Shown here one piece after another: positions 9,005 to 17,304 of a DNA stretch of 35,958 nt. The notes beneath the pieces were generated by a model, which was not told where the DNA came from, did not search any database, and saw only the letters and a list, made by a program, of their open reading frames with translations. Location of the stretch: assembly GCA_964534375.1 (NCBI GenBank), contig CAZHPN010000047.1, forward strand, positions 1 to 35,958, given 5' to 3'. The stretch is from an uncultured bacterium. GTDB taxonomy: Bacteria; Lernaellota; Lernaellaia; Lernaellales; Lernaellaceae. Made by a program: the position numbers and the translations under genes. Within the stretch, counting starts at the first letter, position 1. Every line of letters begins with the position of its first letter.

Positions 9005-12000
9005 GTGAATATTTCCGCCCCGTTCATCCGCCGACCGATTGCGACGTCCTTGCTGGCCGCCGCCGTCCTGCTCGCCGGCGCCGCGGCGTACACGCAGTTG
9101 CCGGTCGCGCCGCTGCCGCGCGTCGATTTCCCGACGATCAACATCAGCGCCGCGCTGCCGGGCGCCAGCGCCGAGACGATGGCCTCGTCGGTGGCGACGC
9201 CGCTGGAGCGGCGGTTCGGCCGCATCGCCGGCATCGCGGAGATCACCTCGACCAGCTATCTGGGCACGTCGTCGCTGACGCTGCAATTCGACTTGGATCG
9301 CGACGTCGACGCCGCGGCGCGCGACGTGCAGGCGGCGATCAACGCCGCCGGCGGCGACCTGCCGCCCAACCTGCCGAGCCGGCCGACGTTTCGCAAAGTG
9401 AATCCGTCGGATGCGCCGATTTTGATCCTCGCCGTCACTTCTCCCACCCTGCCCCTGTCGCAAGTGTACGACGCCGCCAACAACGTCATCGCTCAGAAGA
9501 TTTCCCAGGTGTATGGCGTCGGGCAGGTGAGCGTCGGCGGCGGCCAGCAGCCGGCCGTTCGCGTGCAGGTCGACCCGGTGAAACTGGCGGGCGCGAATCT
9601 GAGCATGGAGGACGTGCGCGCGGCGCTGGTTGCGGCGAGCATCGACCAGGCGAAGGGCGGCATCACCGGGTCGCGCCAGGCGCTGGCGCTGGCCGCCAAC
9701 GATCAACTTTACGACGCCGCGCCCTACAACGACATTGTCGTTTCCTGGAACGGCCCCGGCAACTCGCCGTTGCGCATTCGCGACGTCGGCCGCGCGTTCG
9801 ACAGCGTCGAGAACGAGCGCGTGGCGGGGTGGGCCGACGGCAAGCGGGCGATCATCCTGATTGTCCGCCGGCAGCCGGGCGCGAACATCATCGACGTCAT
9901 CGAGCAGGTGAAGGCGCTGCTGCCGTCGCTGGCGCGGTCGGTGTCGCCGGCGATCGACTTGCAGGTCGCGCTTGACCGCAGCACGACGATCCGCAAGTCG
10001 GTGTCCGACGTCGAATTCACTCTGGTGCTCAGCGTCTTGCTGGTGGTGATGGTCGTCTTCGTCTTCCTGCGCAGCGGGCGCGCGACGGCGATTCCCAGCG
10101 TCGCCGTGCCGCTGTCGCTCGTGGGCACGTTCGGCGTGATGTACCTCTGCGGCTACAGCATCGACAACTTGTCGCTGATGGCGCTGACGATCGCCACCGG
10201 TTTCGTCGTCGACGACGCAATTGTCGTCACCGAGAACATTTCCCGCTACCTCGACATGGGCGACTCGCCGATCGACGCCGCGCTCAAGGGCGCCAAACAG
10301 ATCGGCTTCACCATCGTCTCGATCACCTGCTCGCTTATCGCCGTGTTCATCCCGCTGCTGCTGATGGGCGGCATCATCGGCCGGCTGTTCCGCGAATTCG
10401 CCGTGACGCTGGCCGTCGCGATCGCCGTTTCGGCGGTGGTGGCGCTGACGGTGACGCCGGCGATGGCCTCGCGGCTGCTGCGCCCGACGGTCGCGGGCGC
10501 GCGCAAGCGTTTCGACTTTTTCGAGCCATTGTTGCGCGCGTACGACCGCGCGCTGACGGTCGTGCTGCGGCATCCGGTTCTCACCTTGATCGGCTTGGCG
10601 ATCACCATCGGCCTCAACGTCTACTTGTATATCGTGACGCCGAAAGGGTTGTTTCCGCAGCAGGACACGGGCACGATCATGGGCATCTCCGACGGGCCGC
10701 AGGACATTTCGTTCCCCGCCATGCACGATCGCCAGAAGCTGATCAACGAGATCGTCAGTGCGCATCCGGCGGTGGGGCATTTCACCTCGTTCATCGGCGG
10801 CAGCACGCTGAATACGGGGTTTGCCTTCGTCGAGCTCAAGCCGACGTCGCAGCGCAAGCAGACGGCCGACGAGGTGATCAACGAACTGCGGCCCAAGTTG
10901 GCGCACGTGCCCGGCATTCGCTTGTTTCTGCAGGCCGGGCAGGATCTGCGCGTCGGCGGCCGCATGACGCGCACGCAATATCAATATTCGCTGCAGGAGC
11001 CGAATCTCGGCGAACTCTCGTTATGGGCGCCGCGGATGGTGCAGACGATGAACGGCCTGCCCGAGTTGCGCGACGTGGCCACCGACCAGCAGACCGACGG
11101 CGTGCAGCTCGTCGGCCAGCTCGATCGCGACACGGCGGCGCGGCTGCACATTACGCCAGGGTTGATCGAACGCACGTTGTATGACGCGTTCGGGCAAGAA
11201 CAGGTGTCGACGCTCTTCACGCCGACCACCCAATACCGCGTGGTGCTCGAGGCCGATCCGGCCCACTCCCGCTCGCCCGACGCGCTGAAGTCGCTGTTCG
11301 TGCGGCCGCCCAACGGCAGCGTGACGCCGTTGACCAACCTGATGCGCTTCCACCCCGCCCCGATGCTGTTGTCGGTCAATCACCAGAGCCAGTTCCCGGC
11401 GGTGACGCTCTCGTTCAATCTGGCCCCGGGCGTCGCGCTCGGCCCGGCGGTCGACGCCATCAAGAAGGCGCAGGCGCGCATGGGCTTTCCCGCGGCGATC
11501 GTCGCCGACATGCAAGGCACGGCGCAGGCGTTCACGAAATCGCTGGCGACCATGCCGCTGCTGATCGTCGCCGCGCTGCTGACCGTGTACATTGTGCTCG
11601 GCGTGCTCTACGAAAGCTACGTCCACCCGCTGACGATCATCTCGACGCTGCCGTCGGCCGGCGTCGGCGCGCTGCTGGCGCTGCTGCTGTTTCACACCGA
11701 CCTCACGATCATTGCGCTGATCGGCATCATCCTGTTGATCGGCATCGTCAAGAAAAACGGGATCATGATGGTCGACTTCGCCATCGAGGCCGAACGCGAC
11801 CAGCACCTCACCGCGCGCGACGCCATCCACCAGGCGTGCCTGCTGCGTTTCCGCCCGATTCTCATGACCTCGCTGGCGGCCATCCTCGGCGGCATTCCCC
11901 TCGCCCTCGGCCACGGCGCCGGATCGGAAATGCGCCGGCCGCTGGGCATCGCCATCGTCGGCGGCCTGCTGCTGTCGCAGTTGCTGACGCTGTTCACCAC

Positions 12001-12067
12001 TCCAATCGTTTATCTCGAACTCGACCGCTTCACCAAGCGCCGCCGCCGCTCGCATCTGACCGACTGA
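9005..12067 (+). CDS. mdtC: RND efflux permease MdtC-like
   Basis: FIRRPIATSLL..LPVAPLPRVDFPTI, MASSVATPLER, IATGFVVDDAIVV, QDLRVGGR; second permease of the pair; GTG start. Confidence 0.95.
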   Translation: MNISAPFIRRPIATSLLAAAVLLAGAAAYTQLPVAPLPRVDFPTINISAALPGASAETMASSVATPLERRFGRIAGIAEITSTSYLGTSSLTLQFDLDRDVDAAARDVQAAINAAGGDLPPNLPSRPTFRKVNPSDAPILILAVTSPTLPLSQVYDAANNVIAQKISQVYGVGQVSVGGGQQPAVRVQVDPVKLAGANLSMEDVRAALVAASIDQAKGGITGSRQALALAANDQLYDAAPYNDIVVSWNGPGNSPLRIRDVGRAFDSVENERVAGWADGKRAIILIVRRQPGANIIDVIEQVKALLPSLARSVSPAIDLQVALDRSTTIRKSVSDVEFTLVLSVLLVVMVVFVFLRSGRATAIPSVAVPLSLVGTFGVMYLCGYSIDNLSLMALTIATGFVVDDAIVVTENISRYLDMGDSPIDAALKGAKQIGFTIVSITCSLIAVFIPLLLMGGIIGRLFREFAVTLAVAIAVSAVVALTVTPAMASRLLRPTVAGARKRFDFFEPLLRAYDRALTVVLRHPVLTLIGLAITIGLNVYLYIVTPKGLFPQQDTGTIMGISDGPQDISFPAMHDRQKLINEIVSAHPAVGHFTSFIGGSTLNTGFAFVELKPTSQRKQTADEVINELRPKLAHVPGIRLFLQAGQDLRVGGRMTRTQYQYSLQEPNLGELSLWAPRMVQTMNGLPELRDVATDQQTDGVQLVGQLDRDTAARLHITPGLIERTLYDAFGQEQVSTLFTPTTQYRVVLEADPAHSRSPDALKSLFVRPPNGSVTPLTNLMRFHPAPMLLSVNHQSQFPAVTLSFNLAPGVALGPAVDAIKKAQARMGFPAAIVADMQGTAQAFTKSLATMPLLIVAALLTVYIVLGVLYESYVHPLTIISTLPSAGVGALLALLLFHTDLTIIALIGIILLIGIVKKNGIMMVDFAIEAERDQHLTARDAIHQACLLRFRPILMTSLAAILGGIPLALGHGAGSEMRRPLGIAIVGGLLLSQLLTLFTTPIVYLELDRFTKRRRRSHLTD

Positions 12068-12109
12068 TCGTCCGCCCCGCCGATCGGAGCCCCGCAGGCG
12101 CCTGGGTTA

Positions 12110-12298
12110 ATAGCCCGCGGATTTATCCCTGGGACCGCGGGCGCAAGTATTTTGCTTCAACTAGCGGCACGGCGCGCGGACTCGTCTCCGCCCGCGGCGC
12201 AACGTTGACAACGCCGCAAAACCCGTCCAAACTTCCGCCAGAATTTCAAGCATTCAGGTCATCAGCGGCGCCGCGGTCGTGACGTGTAATGGCGCAAG
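12110..12298 (+). repeat. Degenerate dispersed element, copy A, with promoter-like TTGACA-17-CAAACT
   Basis: Ordered blocks ATAGCCCnnGGATTT, ATCCCnGG, CCGCGGGCG, CAACGTTGAC, CAGA(A)TTTCA, TTCAGGTCA, GTCGTGA and GCGCAAG also occur, in the same order, at 15935-16080. Confidence 0.5.
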
Positions 12299-12373
12299 TC
12301 CAATTGCGGCTGCGTTGCGTTCGCGGCGCGGAATTCGCAGCGGAAACAGAAACGCTGGTCAGGGGCGCGGCCG

Positions 12374-12637
12374 GTGAAATACGTCGCCATCTATCTGATT
12401 CGTTTGTACAAACGGCTTCGGCCGTTGAATAAGTTGGGCCGCTGCATCTATCGGCCCAGTTGCACGGAATATGCGATGGAAGCCTTTGAGAGACACGGGT
12501 TCGTTCGCGGTCTGGTGTTGACGCGGGCCAGGCTGCTGCGTTGCAATGAGTTCGCCGAGAGCGCGTTCGATCCGGTTCCGTTAGTTTATCGTAGTTCCGG
12601 AACCAAACGAAAGGACATGGGCAATGGAGAAGTATGA
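12374..12637 (+). CDS. yidD: YidD-family protein (membrane protein insertion efficiency factor-like), orphan
   Basis: LIRLYK..GRCIYRPSCTEYAMEAFERHG..RGL.L...RLLRCN..DPVP, including the three conserved Cys; GTG start. Confidence 0.88.
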   Translation: MKYVAIYLIRLYKRLRPLNKLGRCIYRPSCTEYAMEAFERHGFVRGLVLTRARLLRCNEFAESAFDPVPLVYRSSGTKRKDMGNGEV

Positions 12638-12875
12638 GTACAAAGTGGATGCGATTCAGGCGGCAGTTGCGGAAGGCGACATCAGAAAAGGCGTCGCCGG
12701 CGCAAAAGTGGGAAGTCAGGTCGAGCTCAAGCTGGGCGAATTGGCGCGGCAAGGATATGAGTTCTATCGCGAATTCGCGGTGCCGGTGAAGGTCGCCCGC
12801 GGTTGCGTTTCGCCGAGCAAGAACGCGTACGAAATCACGATCATCGTGATGGTCTTCCGGCGGCCTGTGCAATAA
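12624..12875 (+). CDS. Small DUF4177-like protein (83 aa)
   Basis: YEYKV...L.EL.RQGYEF...MVFRRP pattern; AAGGA RBS; overlaps the end of yidD. Confidence 0.7.
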   Translation: MEKYEYKVDAIQAAVAEGDIRKGVAGAKVGSQVELKLGELARQGYEFYREFAVPVKVARGCVSPSKNAYEITIIVMVFRRPVQ

Positions 12876-12906
12876 GCGTCCCCGACAATTTCAACTCCCG
12901 GGAAAC

Positions 12907-13746
12907 ATGGTGGGCGCCATGAATGAGTGCAAGAGTTGCGGGTCGCCGCTGGAAGGAAACCCCCTTGCCAGCCAAAGCAAATGCAGTTATTGCGGCCGGG
13001 TCAATTTCAACGAGCAATTTGTCGGCTTGTACGCCCAGAACATCGACTTCACCAAGACGCACAATCTGCTGGAGGTCGGAATGGCCGCCTTCCACGGCCA
13101 GGACTACGCCAAAGCCCGCGACGCCTTCGAACGCGTATTGTTGGAGGACAGCCGCAGCCAGGAGGCGTGGGTCTATGCGGCCATGAGCATCGCCAATCTG
13201 ACGGACCTGTCGAATATGGATGTTTGTTTGGGCGACGTCGAATCGTATTTGAAGAAAGCCGCCGAGATGGGGGGCCGCACGGAAATCCTCGAAGTCGGCG
13301 AGAGCGTTGCCAGGAACGCCATCGGACGAACCGTCCTCCGCGCCATTCGGCGCCATCGCGAGGTCGCGGATAAAAAGTACTTCGCCTATGAATCCGTCAA
13401 CCGCGCAAAGGCGGTGAGCGATCGGGACCAGGAACTGACATTTCTGTACAAATACGCGGAATGCGCGTGCCAACTCGTTCCCGACGACCCGGCGGTGATC
13501 GGCCCGGTGTCCGTGGAAGTGTTGCTGGCGGCGCGGCACGGCGGTTGTCCGGCGGGGCTCCGGGATGCGGCGACCCGCGCACTGAACGATATTAAGGAGA
13601 AGAATGGACAGCTTTACCAATCGCTGGCCGGCGATTTGGCGCCGGCACGACGATCCTCATCGCCGGGCTGCGGCTCCGGCAAGACGGCGTTATTGGTAAT
13701 TTGGGCGGCCGATATTGTCCGAATGATCGGCAACGGTGGGAATTAG
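12907..13746 (+). CDS. Zinc-ribbon plus TPR-like helical protein
   Basis: CKSCG..CSYCG N-terminus; GMAAFHGQDYAKARDAFERVLLEDSRSQEAWV TPR-like repeat; helical remainder. Start could be 12919. Confidence 0.8.
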   Translation: MVGAMNECKSCGSPLEGNPLASQSKCSYCGRVNFNEQFVGLYAQNIDFTKTHNLLEVGMAAFHGQDYAKARDAFERVLLEDSRSQEAWVYAAMSIANLTDLSNMDVCLGDVESYLKKAAEMGGRTEILEVGESVARNAIGRTVLRAIRRHREVADKKYFAYESVNRAKAVSDRDQELTFLYKYAECACQLVPDDPAVIGPVSVEVLLAARHGGCPAGLRDAATRALNDIKEKNGQLYQSLAGDLAPARRSSSPGCGSGKTALLVIWAADIVRMIGNGGN

Positions 13747-13888
13747 CTTCCGCTTCAACCACTAACTGGCGAGCTCGCGGGCCGCGGTCTATCCAACGCC
13801 GTGACGCCCTCTCGCTGGGAATTTTCAAGCGGGCGGAACATGCCGTAGCGCACCCCAGCGAACGAAACGACGCCCGACCCCGCCCGCC

Positions 13889-14089
13889 TCAAGGGGCGCT
13901 GGGGGCGCTGGCCGCCGGCGAGGCGTCGTCGTTGTCGTCGTTGTCGTCGTCGTCGTCCACGGGAGGGGCCGTGTCGTCGTCGGCCGGCGAGGCGTCGTCG
14001 TCGGCGGCGCTGCCGCTGCCGCACGCAATAAACAAACCGACGCTCAGCAAAATCAAGGCTGCAAATCCGCAAAGAATCGCTTTTCGCAT
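13889..14089 (-). CDS. Tiny Asp-rich lipoprotein (66 aa)
   Basis: GGAGGA RBS; MRKAILCGFAALILLSVGLFIA|CGSG; mature part is only DDDASPADDDTAPPVDDDDDNDDNDDASP plus a short tail. Confidence 0.75.
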   Translation of the reverse strand: MRKAILCGFAALILLSVGLFIACGSGSAADDDASPADDDTAPPVDDDDDNDDNDDASPAASAPSAP

Positions 14090-14175
14090 CTGCCAGTTCC
14101 TCCGGGTTGGAACGAGGCGACGGCCCGGTCGTCCGACCAGGCCGTCGCCTTTGATTCACTGCCGTTTGACCACGA

Positions 14176-14652
14176 TTATTCGGGTTGCGCCGCCGGGGGC
14201 TCCGTCATGTTCTGCGGGTGCTCGCCCGGCTGGCCCATTTTCTCGCGAAATTGTCGGCGTAGCTCTTTCCATTGCGCTTTCTGCGCCGCGTTCAGCGACG
14301 CGAGAAACGCTTCCTTGGCGCTCTTCACCGCCGTACGCGCGGCGGCAAGGTCCGCGGACGGCGCGGCCGTCGCCGCGTCGGTCTGCCCCGACGCCTTCCG
14401 CGCGGCGTGCACCAGCTTGTGCAGGTTGAACTCCGCCGTACGCATGTCGACGAACAACGTGCGCTGGGCCGGCGTCAGGCCGAGTTTCTGGGTTACGTCG
14501 TCGGCCTGGGCGTTGATTTTCGCTTCCATGTTTTTCCCGTTCCATTGGGGCGCGCCCGCCGTTTCGTTCGAGCCGGCCCAAGCCATCGCCGGAATCAGGA
14601 ACGCCGCGGCCAGCAACGCCAACAGCGTCAGTTTCGTTCCCACCGTTTTCAT
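14176..14652 (-). CDS. Spy/CpxP-like (LTxxQ) periplasmic protein
   Basis: AAGGAG RBS, signal peptide ending AMAWA, LGLTPAQ and degenerate LNAAQKAQW motifs, helical, 158 aa. Confidence 0.75.
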   Translation of the reverse strand: MKTVGTKLTLLALLAAAFLIPAMAWAGSNETAGAPQWNGKNMEAKINAQADDVTQKLGLTPAQRTLFVDMRTAEFNLHKLVHAARKASGQTDAATAAPSADLAAARTAVKSAKEAFLASLNAAQKAQWKELRRQFREKMGQPGEHPQNMTEPPAAQPE

Positions 14653-14722
14653 TCAGTTTCTCCTTGTTGCCCAACGACCGGTTCGTCGCTGGGGTGTTTG
14701 GCAATTGGATCGGCCAAAAATG

Positions 14723-14739
14723 CTTAAGGTTAACTTTAC
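14723..14739. promoter_or_regulatory. Putative OmpR-family site in the divergent spy-like / propeller-gene intergenic region
   Basis: CTTAAG-GTTAA-CTTTAC, a 6-5-6 direct-repeat geometry; shares 11 bp with the site upstream of mdtA. Confidence 0.45.
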
Positions 14740-14802
14740 GGCGCAAATAAATCCGTGGCGGTTAGCGTCTTGTCCACCGTACATGGGTCGGCGGCGTGCA
14801 GT

Positions 14803-14830
14803 TCGTCACTCGTAACTCGTCACTCGCAAC
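14803..14830. repeat. Heptamer tandem array (TCGYMAC)x4
   Basis: tcgtcac tcgtaac tcgtcac tcgcaac. Confidence 0.85.
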
Positions 14831-14937
14831 TCCCCTTGAACTCCCCCGTGACAAGTCGGGTCTTTCACGACAAGATAGGCGCCCGAGCAACGTGGAAAAA
14901 ACGACACGCCCGCGGAAGGGCCCGGAAGGAGCGATAG

Positions 14938-15912
14938 ATGCGGAGACGGACACTTTTGCCATGGGCGCCGGCGCTGCTGCTGGGCCTCGTCGCGGTCGTG
15001 TCGGCGGCGTGCAGCCACGGCCGCCAAACGACTGCTTCGTTGTGGACGTTCATGACGAGCGGCACGACGCTGGGATTGACGAGCGTCTGGGGAAGTTCGG
15101 CGTCGGACGTGTTCGCGGTCGGGACAGCGCACGACGTTTCCGGAATTCCGGTGGCCGGCGTGGTCTTGCACTACGATGGCTCCGCGTGGTCGGAAATGAC
15201 CACCGGCGCAACGTGGACCGGCGTCGGCGTGTGGGGCAGTTCGGCGACCGACGTGTTTGCGGTGGGCGAAGGCGGCGCGATTCTGCATTACGACGGCGCC
15301 TCATGGACGCCGATGAACAGCGGCTCGACCGCGTGGTTGGCCGCGGTTTGGGGCAGTTCGGCGACGAACGTTTTCGCCGTGGGTTATGACCAGACCGGCG
15401 CCGGCGCGATTTTGCATTACGACGGTTCCCTGTGGTCGCCGATGACGGCCGGCCGGATCGCTTACCTGTCGGCGATTTGGGGCAGCTCGGCCACGGACGT
15501 GTACGCCGTGGGCGAAAGCGGCGCGATGCTGCATTATGACGGTTCGTCGTGGTCGCCGCTGACGAGCGGCGCGACGGTCGACTTGAACGGCGTCTGGGGG
15601 ACAGCGGCGACGGACGTGTTCGTGGTGGGCGCCGACGGCGTTATTGTGCATTTCGACGGTTCCACCTGGTCGGCAATGCCGACCGGCACGACGGCGACGT
15701 GCGGCGGCGTCTGGGGAACCGCCCCCGACGACGTGTTCGCCGCGGGAACCGACGTCTCGATCAATGTGGGGCGCGTCCTGCACTACGACGGCGCCGCGTG
15801 GTCGAACACTTTGACCGGGACGGGGGCGGCCCTGGTCGGCGTCTGGGGCAGCGGGCCCCTGAACGTCTTCGTCGTGGGCGGCGGCGGCACGATCGCGCAC
15901 TACGGCGACTGA
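14938..15912 (+). CDS. Lipoprotein with one 7-repeat beta-propeller-type domain; paralogue of 1231-3318
   Basis: AAGGAG RBS; VSAA|CS lipobox; seven WGSSATDVFAVG..HYDG..W repeats. Confidence 0.9.
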   Translation: MRRRTLLPWAPALLLGLVAVVSAACSHGRQTTASLWTFMTSGTTLGLTSVWGSSASDVFAVGTAHDVSGIPVAGVVLHYDGSAWSEMTTGATWTGVGVWGSSATDVFAVGEGGAILHYDGASWTPMNSGSTAWLAAVWGSSATNVFAVGYDQTGAGAILHYDGSLWSPMTAGRIAYLSAIWGSSATDVYAVGESGAMLHYDGSSWSPLTSGATVDLNGVWGTAATDVFVVGADGVIVHFDGSTWSAMPTGTTATCGGVWGTAPDDVFAAGTDVSINVGRVLHYDGAAWSNTLTGTGAALVGVWGSGPLNVFVVGGGGTIAHYGD

Positions 15913-15934
15913 ATTCGAATGCCGAATGCCGAAG

Positions 15935-16080
15935 ATAGCCCAAGGATTTGAAGGCATCCCAGGTCTGCGTGCGGACCCCGCGGGCGTGTCAAACAACCGC
16001 CAACGTTGACGCATTCAAGAAATCGGCATAACGCTTTCGTCAGATTTCAGGTCACACACGTCGTGAACGGCGCGCGCAAG
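15935..16080 (+). repeat. Degenerate dispersed element, copy B
   Basis: Same ordered blocks as 12110-12298; preceded by (GAATGCC)x2 at 15917-15930. Confidence 0.5.
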
Positions 16081-16238
16081 CGGTTCCCGCGGCGTAACGG
16101 CGCCGTCGACGATGGCAGTTCCGCCTCCGGCACGGCGCGTTGTGTGCGTCGATAGACCCTTCGGCCACGCGCAACGCCGGCCGCGTGCCGCGATTCACGT
16201 TCCATTCCGCGGCGGGTGCTTTTCTCCGCGCCGTGCGC

Positions 16239-17105
16239 TTACAAGAACGACACCAGCAGGCCGTTGATCCAGGAATATGACATGCGCTGCGACTTGGTCA
16301 GAATCTTGGCGCCGGTCGACGTGACCAGCGAGACGCCGTTTTCGTCCTGTTTCTGCACGAACCCGGGGTTGTTCAGGAATTGCAGCGTGAAGGTCGTGCG
16401 AAACGAAAGCCGGCTGGTCAAGGCGAACGTCAGGTTGGTGGCCGAATCGACTTCCTGATCGTAGGTCCACTGCATGTTGACGCGGTACGACGCCTCCTCG
16501 GCGATCTGGAATTTCTTTTCATACGGGTAGGCGAAAACCAGCCGGGCCATGAGGTTGTGCGTCGGCTCCCAGATGTGCATCGACTTGGGGTTGTTGTCGA
16601 TCTCCGTGGGGAACGCCCACACGGTGTCGACGAAGCCGTAGCCGACTTCGAGTTTGAGCACCGTCGGGTCCGTGCCGAAAAAGCTGTAGCCGGGACCGGC
16701 TTGGCCAGTATACCGGTTCCAGTACCCGATGAACTCATTGCTGTCGTAGCCGAGAAATGCCCACAAGTAGGGTTTCTTCTCTTTGGTCACGAAACCTTCA
16801 AACTTGTAATTGCCGAAGTAATTGTTGACGTTCGGGTTGAACCGCCGGCCGAAATAGCTGACGTTGCTGAAATTCACGCCCGCCTTGACGATGTCGTTGA
16901 CCCACACGTCCTCGTGAATGAACTCGGCGGACCCGGCCGCGGCGTCGGTTTTGATGTTGCCGCCGGTCAGGTTGTAGCCGATCGTGCCGTCGGCCTTGAT
17001 TTTCGGGAACGACTCCGGCGTGGCCTGACTGTCGTCCGCCAGCGCCAGGCCGGCGAAACAAAACAACAGGGCGGTGGCGAACAATAGAACGGTCGCGAGC
17101 TTCAT
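16239..17105 (-). CDS. DUF481/YdiY-like outer-membrane beta-barrel protein
   Basis: ATG 17105 after AAAGGAG; signal peptide; GYNLTGGN, YDSNEF.GY.NRY..QAGPGYSFF, L.LEVG.G motifs; alternating beta pattern near the C-terminus (GLLVSFL). Confidence 0.8.
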   Translation of the reverse strand: MKLATVLLFATALLFCFAGLALADDSQATPESFPKIKADGTIGYNLTGGNIKTDAAAGSAEFIHEDVWVNDIVKAGVNFSNVSYFGRRFNPNVNNYFGNYKFEGFVTKEKKPYLWAFLGYDSNEFIGYWNRYTGQAGPGYSFFGTDPTVLKLEVGYGFVDTVWAFPTEIDNNPKSMHIWEPTHNLMARLVFAYPYEKKFQIAEEASYRVNMQWTYDQEVDSATNLTFALTSRLSFRTTFTLQFLNNPGFVQKQDENGVSLVTSTGAKILTKSQRMSYSWINGLLVSFL

Positions 17106-17304
17106 GGGTGAACTCCTTTCCAGCGCCGTCCAGCGGCGAAGTTTTGCGGCGTAAGTTCCAAGCATCCGCGCTCGTCGGCTGCTCCAAGCAAGCGCTTATT
17201 TTTCTATTTACTTTTAGCAACCGGAGCCATGTTTTATGTTAAGTCGCCTGGCGGCGCGCGCTAGCGGGCAGGCGTCAGAAAATTGTTTTTTCGCGAATTC
17301 CCGA

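Noticed and set aside
5518..12055. Long alternative-frame ORFs over mdtBC (5518-8736 minus, 5739-9008 plus, 8900-10984 minus, 11021-12055 minus)
   Set aside because: Arg/Gly-rich shadow frames of high-GC genes with no motifs; they fully overlap confident genes.
13755..13891. TGA read-through or selenocysteine extension of the 66-aa lipoprotein
   Set aside because: The downstream frame has no recognisable domain and no convincing SECIS-like hairpin.
16100..16235. Fluoride riboswitch-like GACGATGGCAGTTCCGCC
   Set aside because: The match is poor, the downstream conserved half is missing and no gene lies downstream on that strand.
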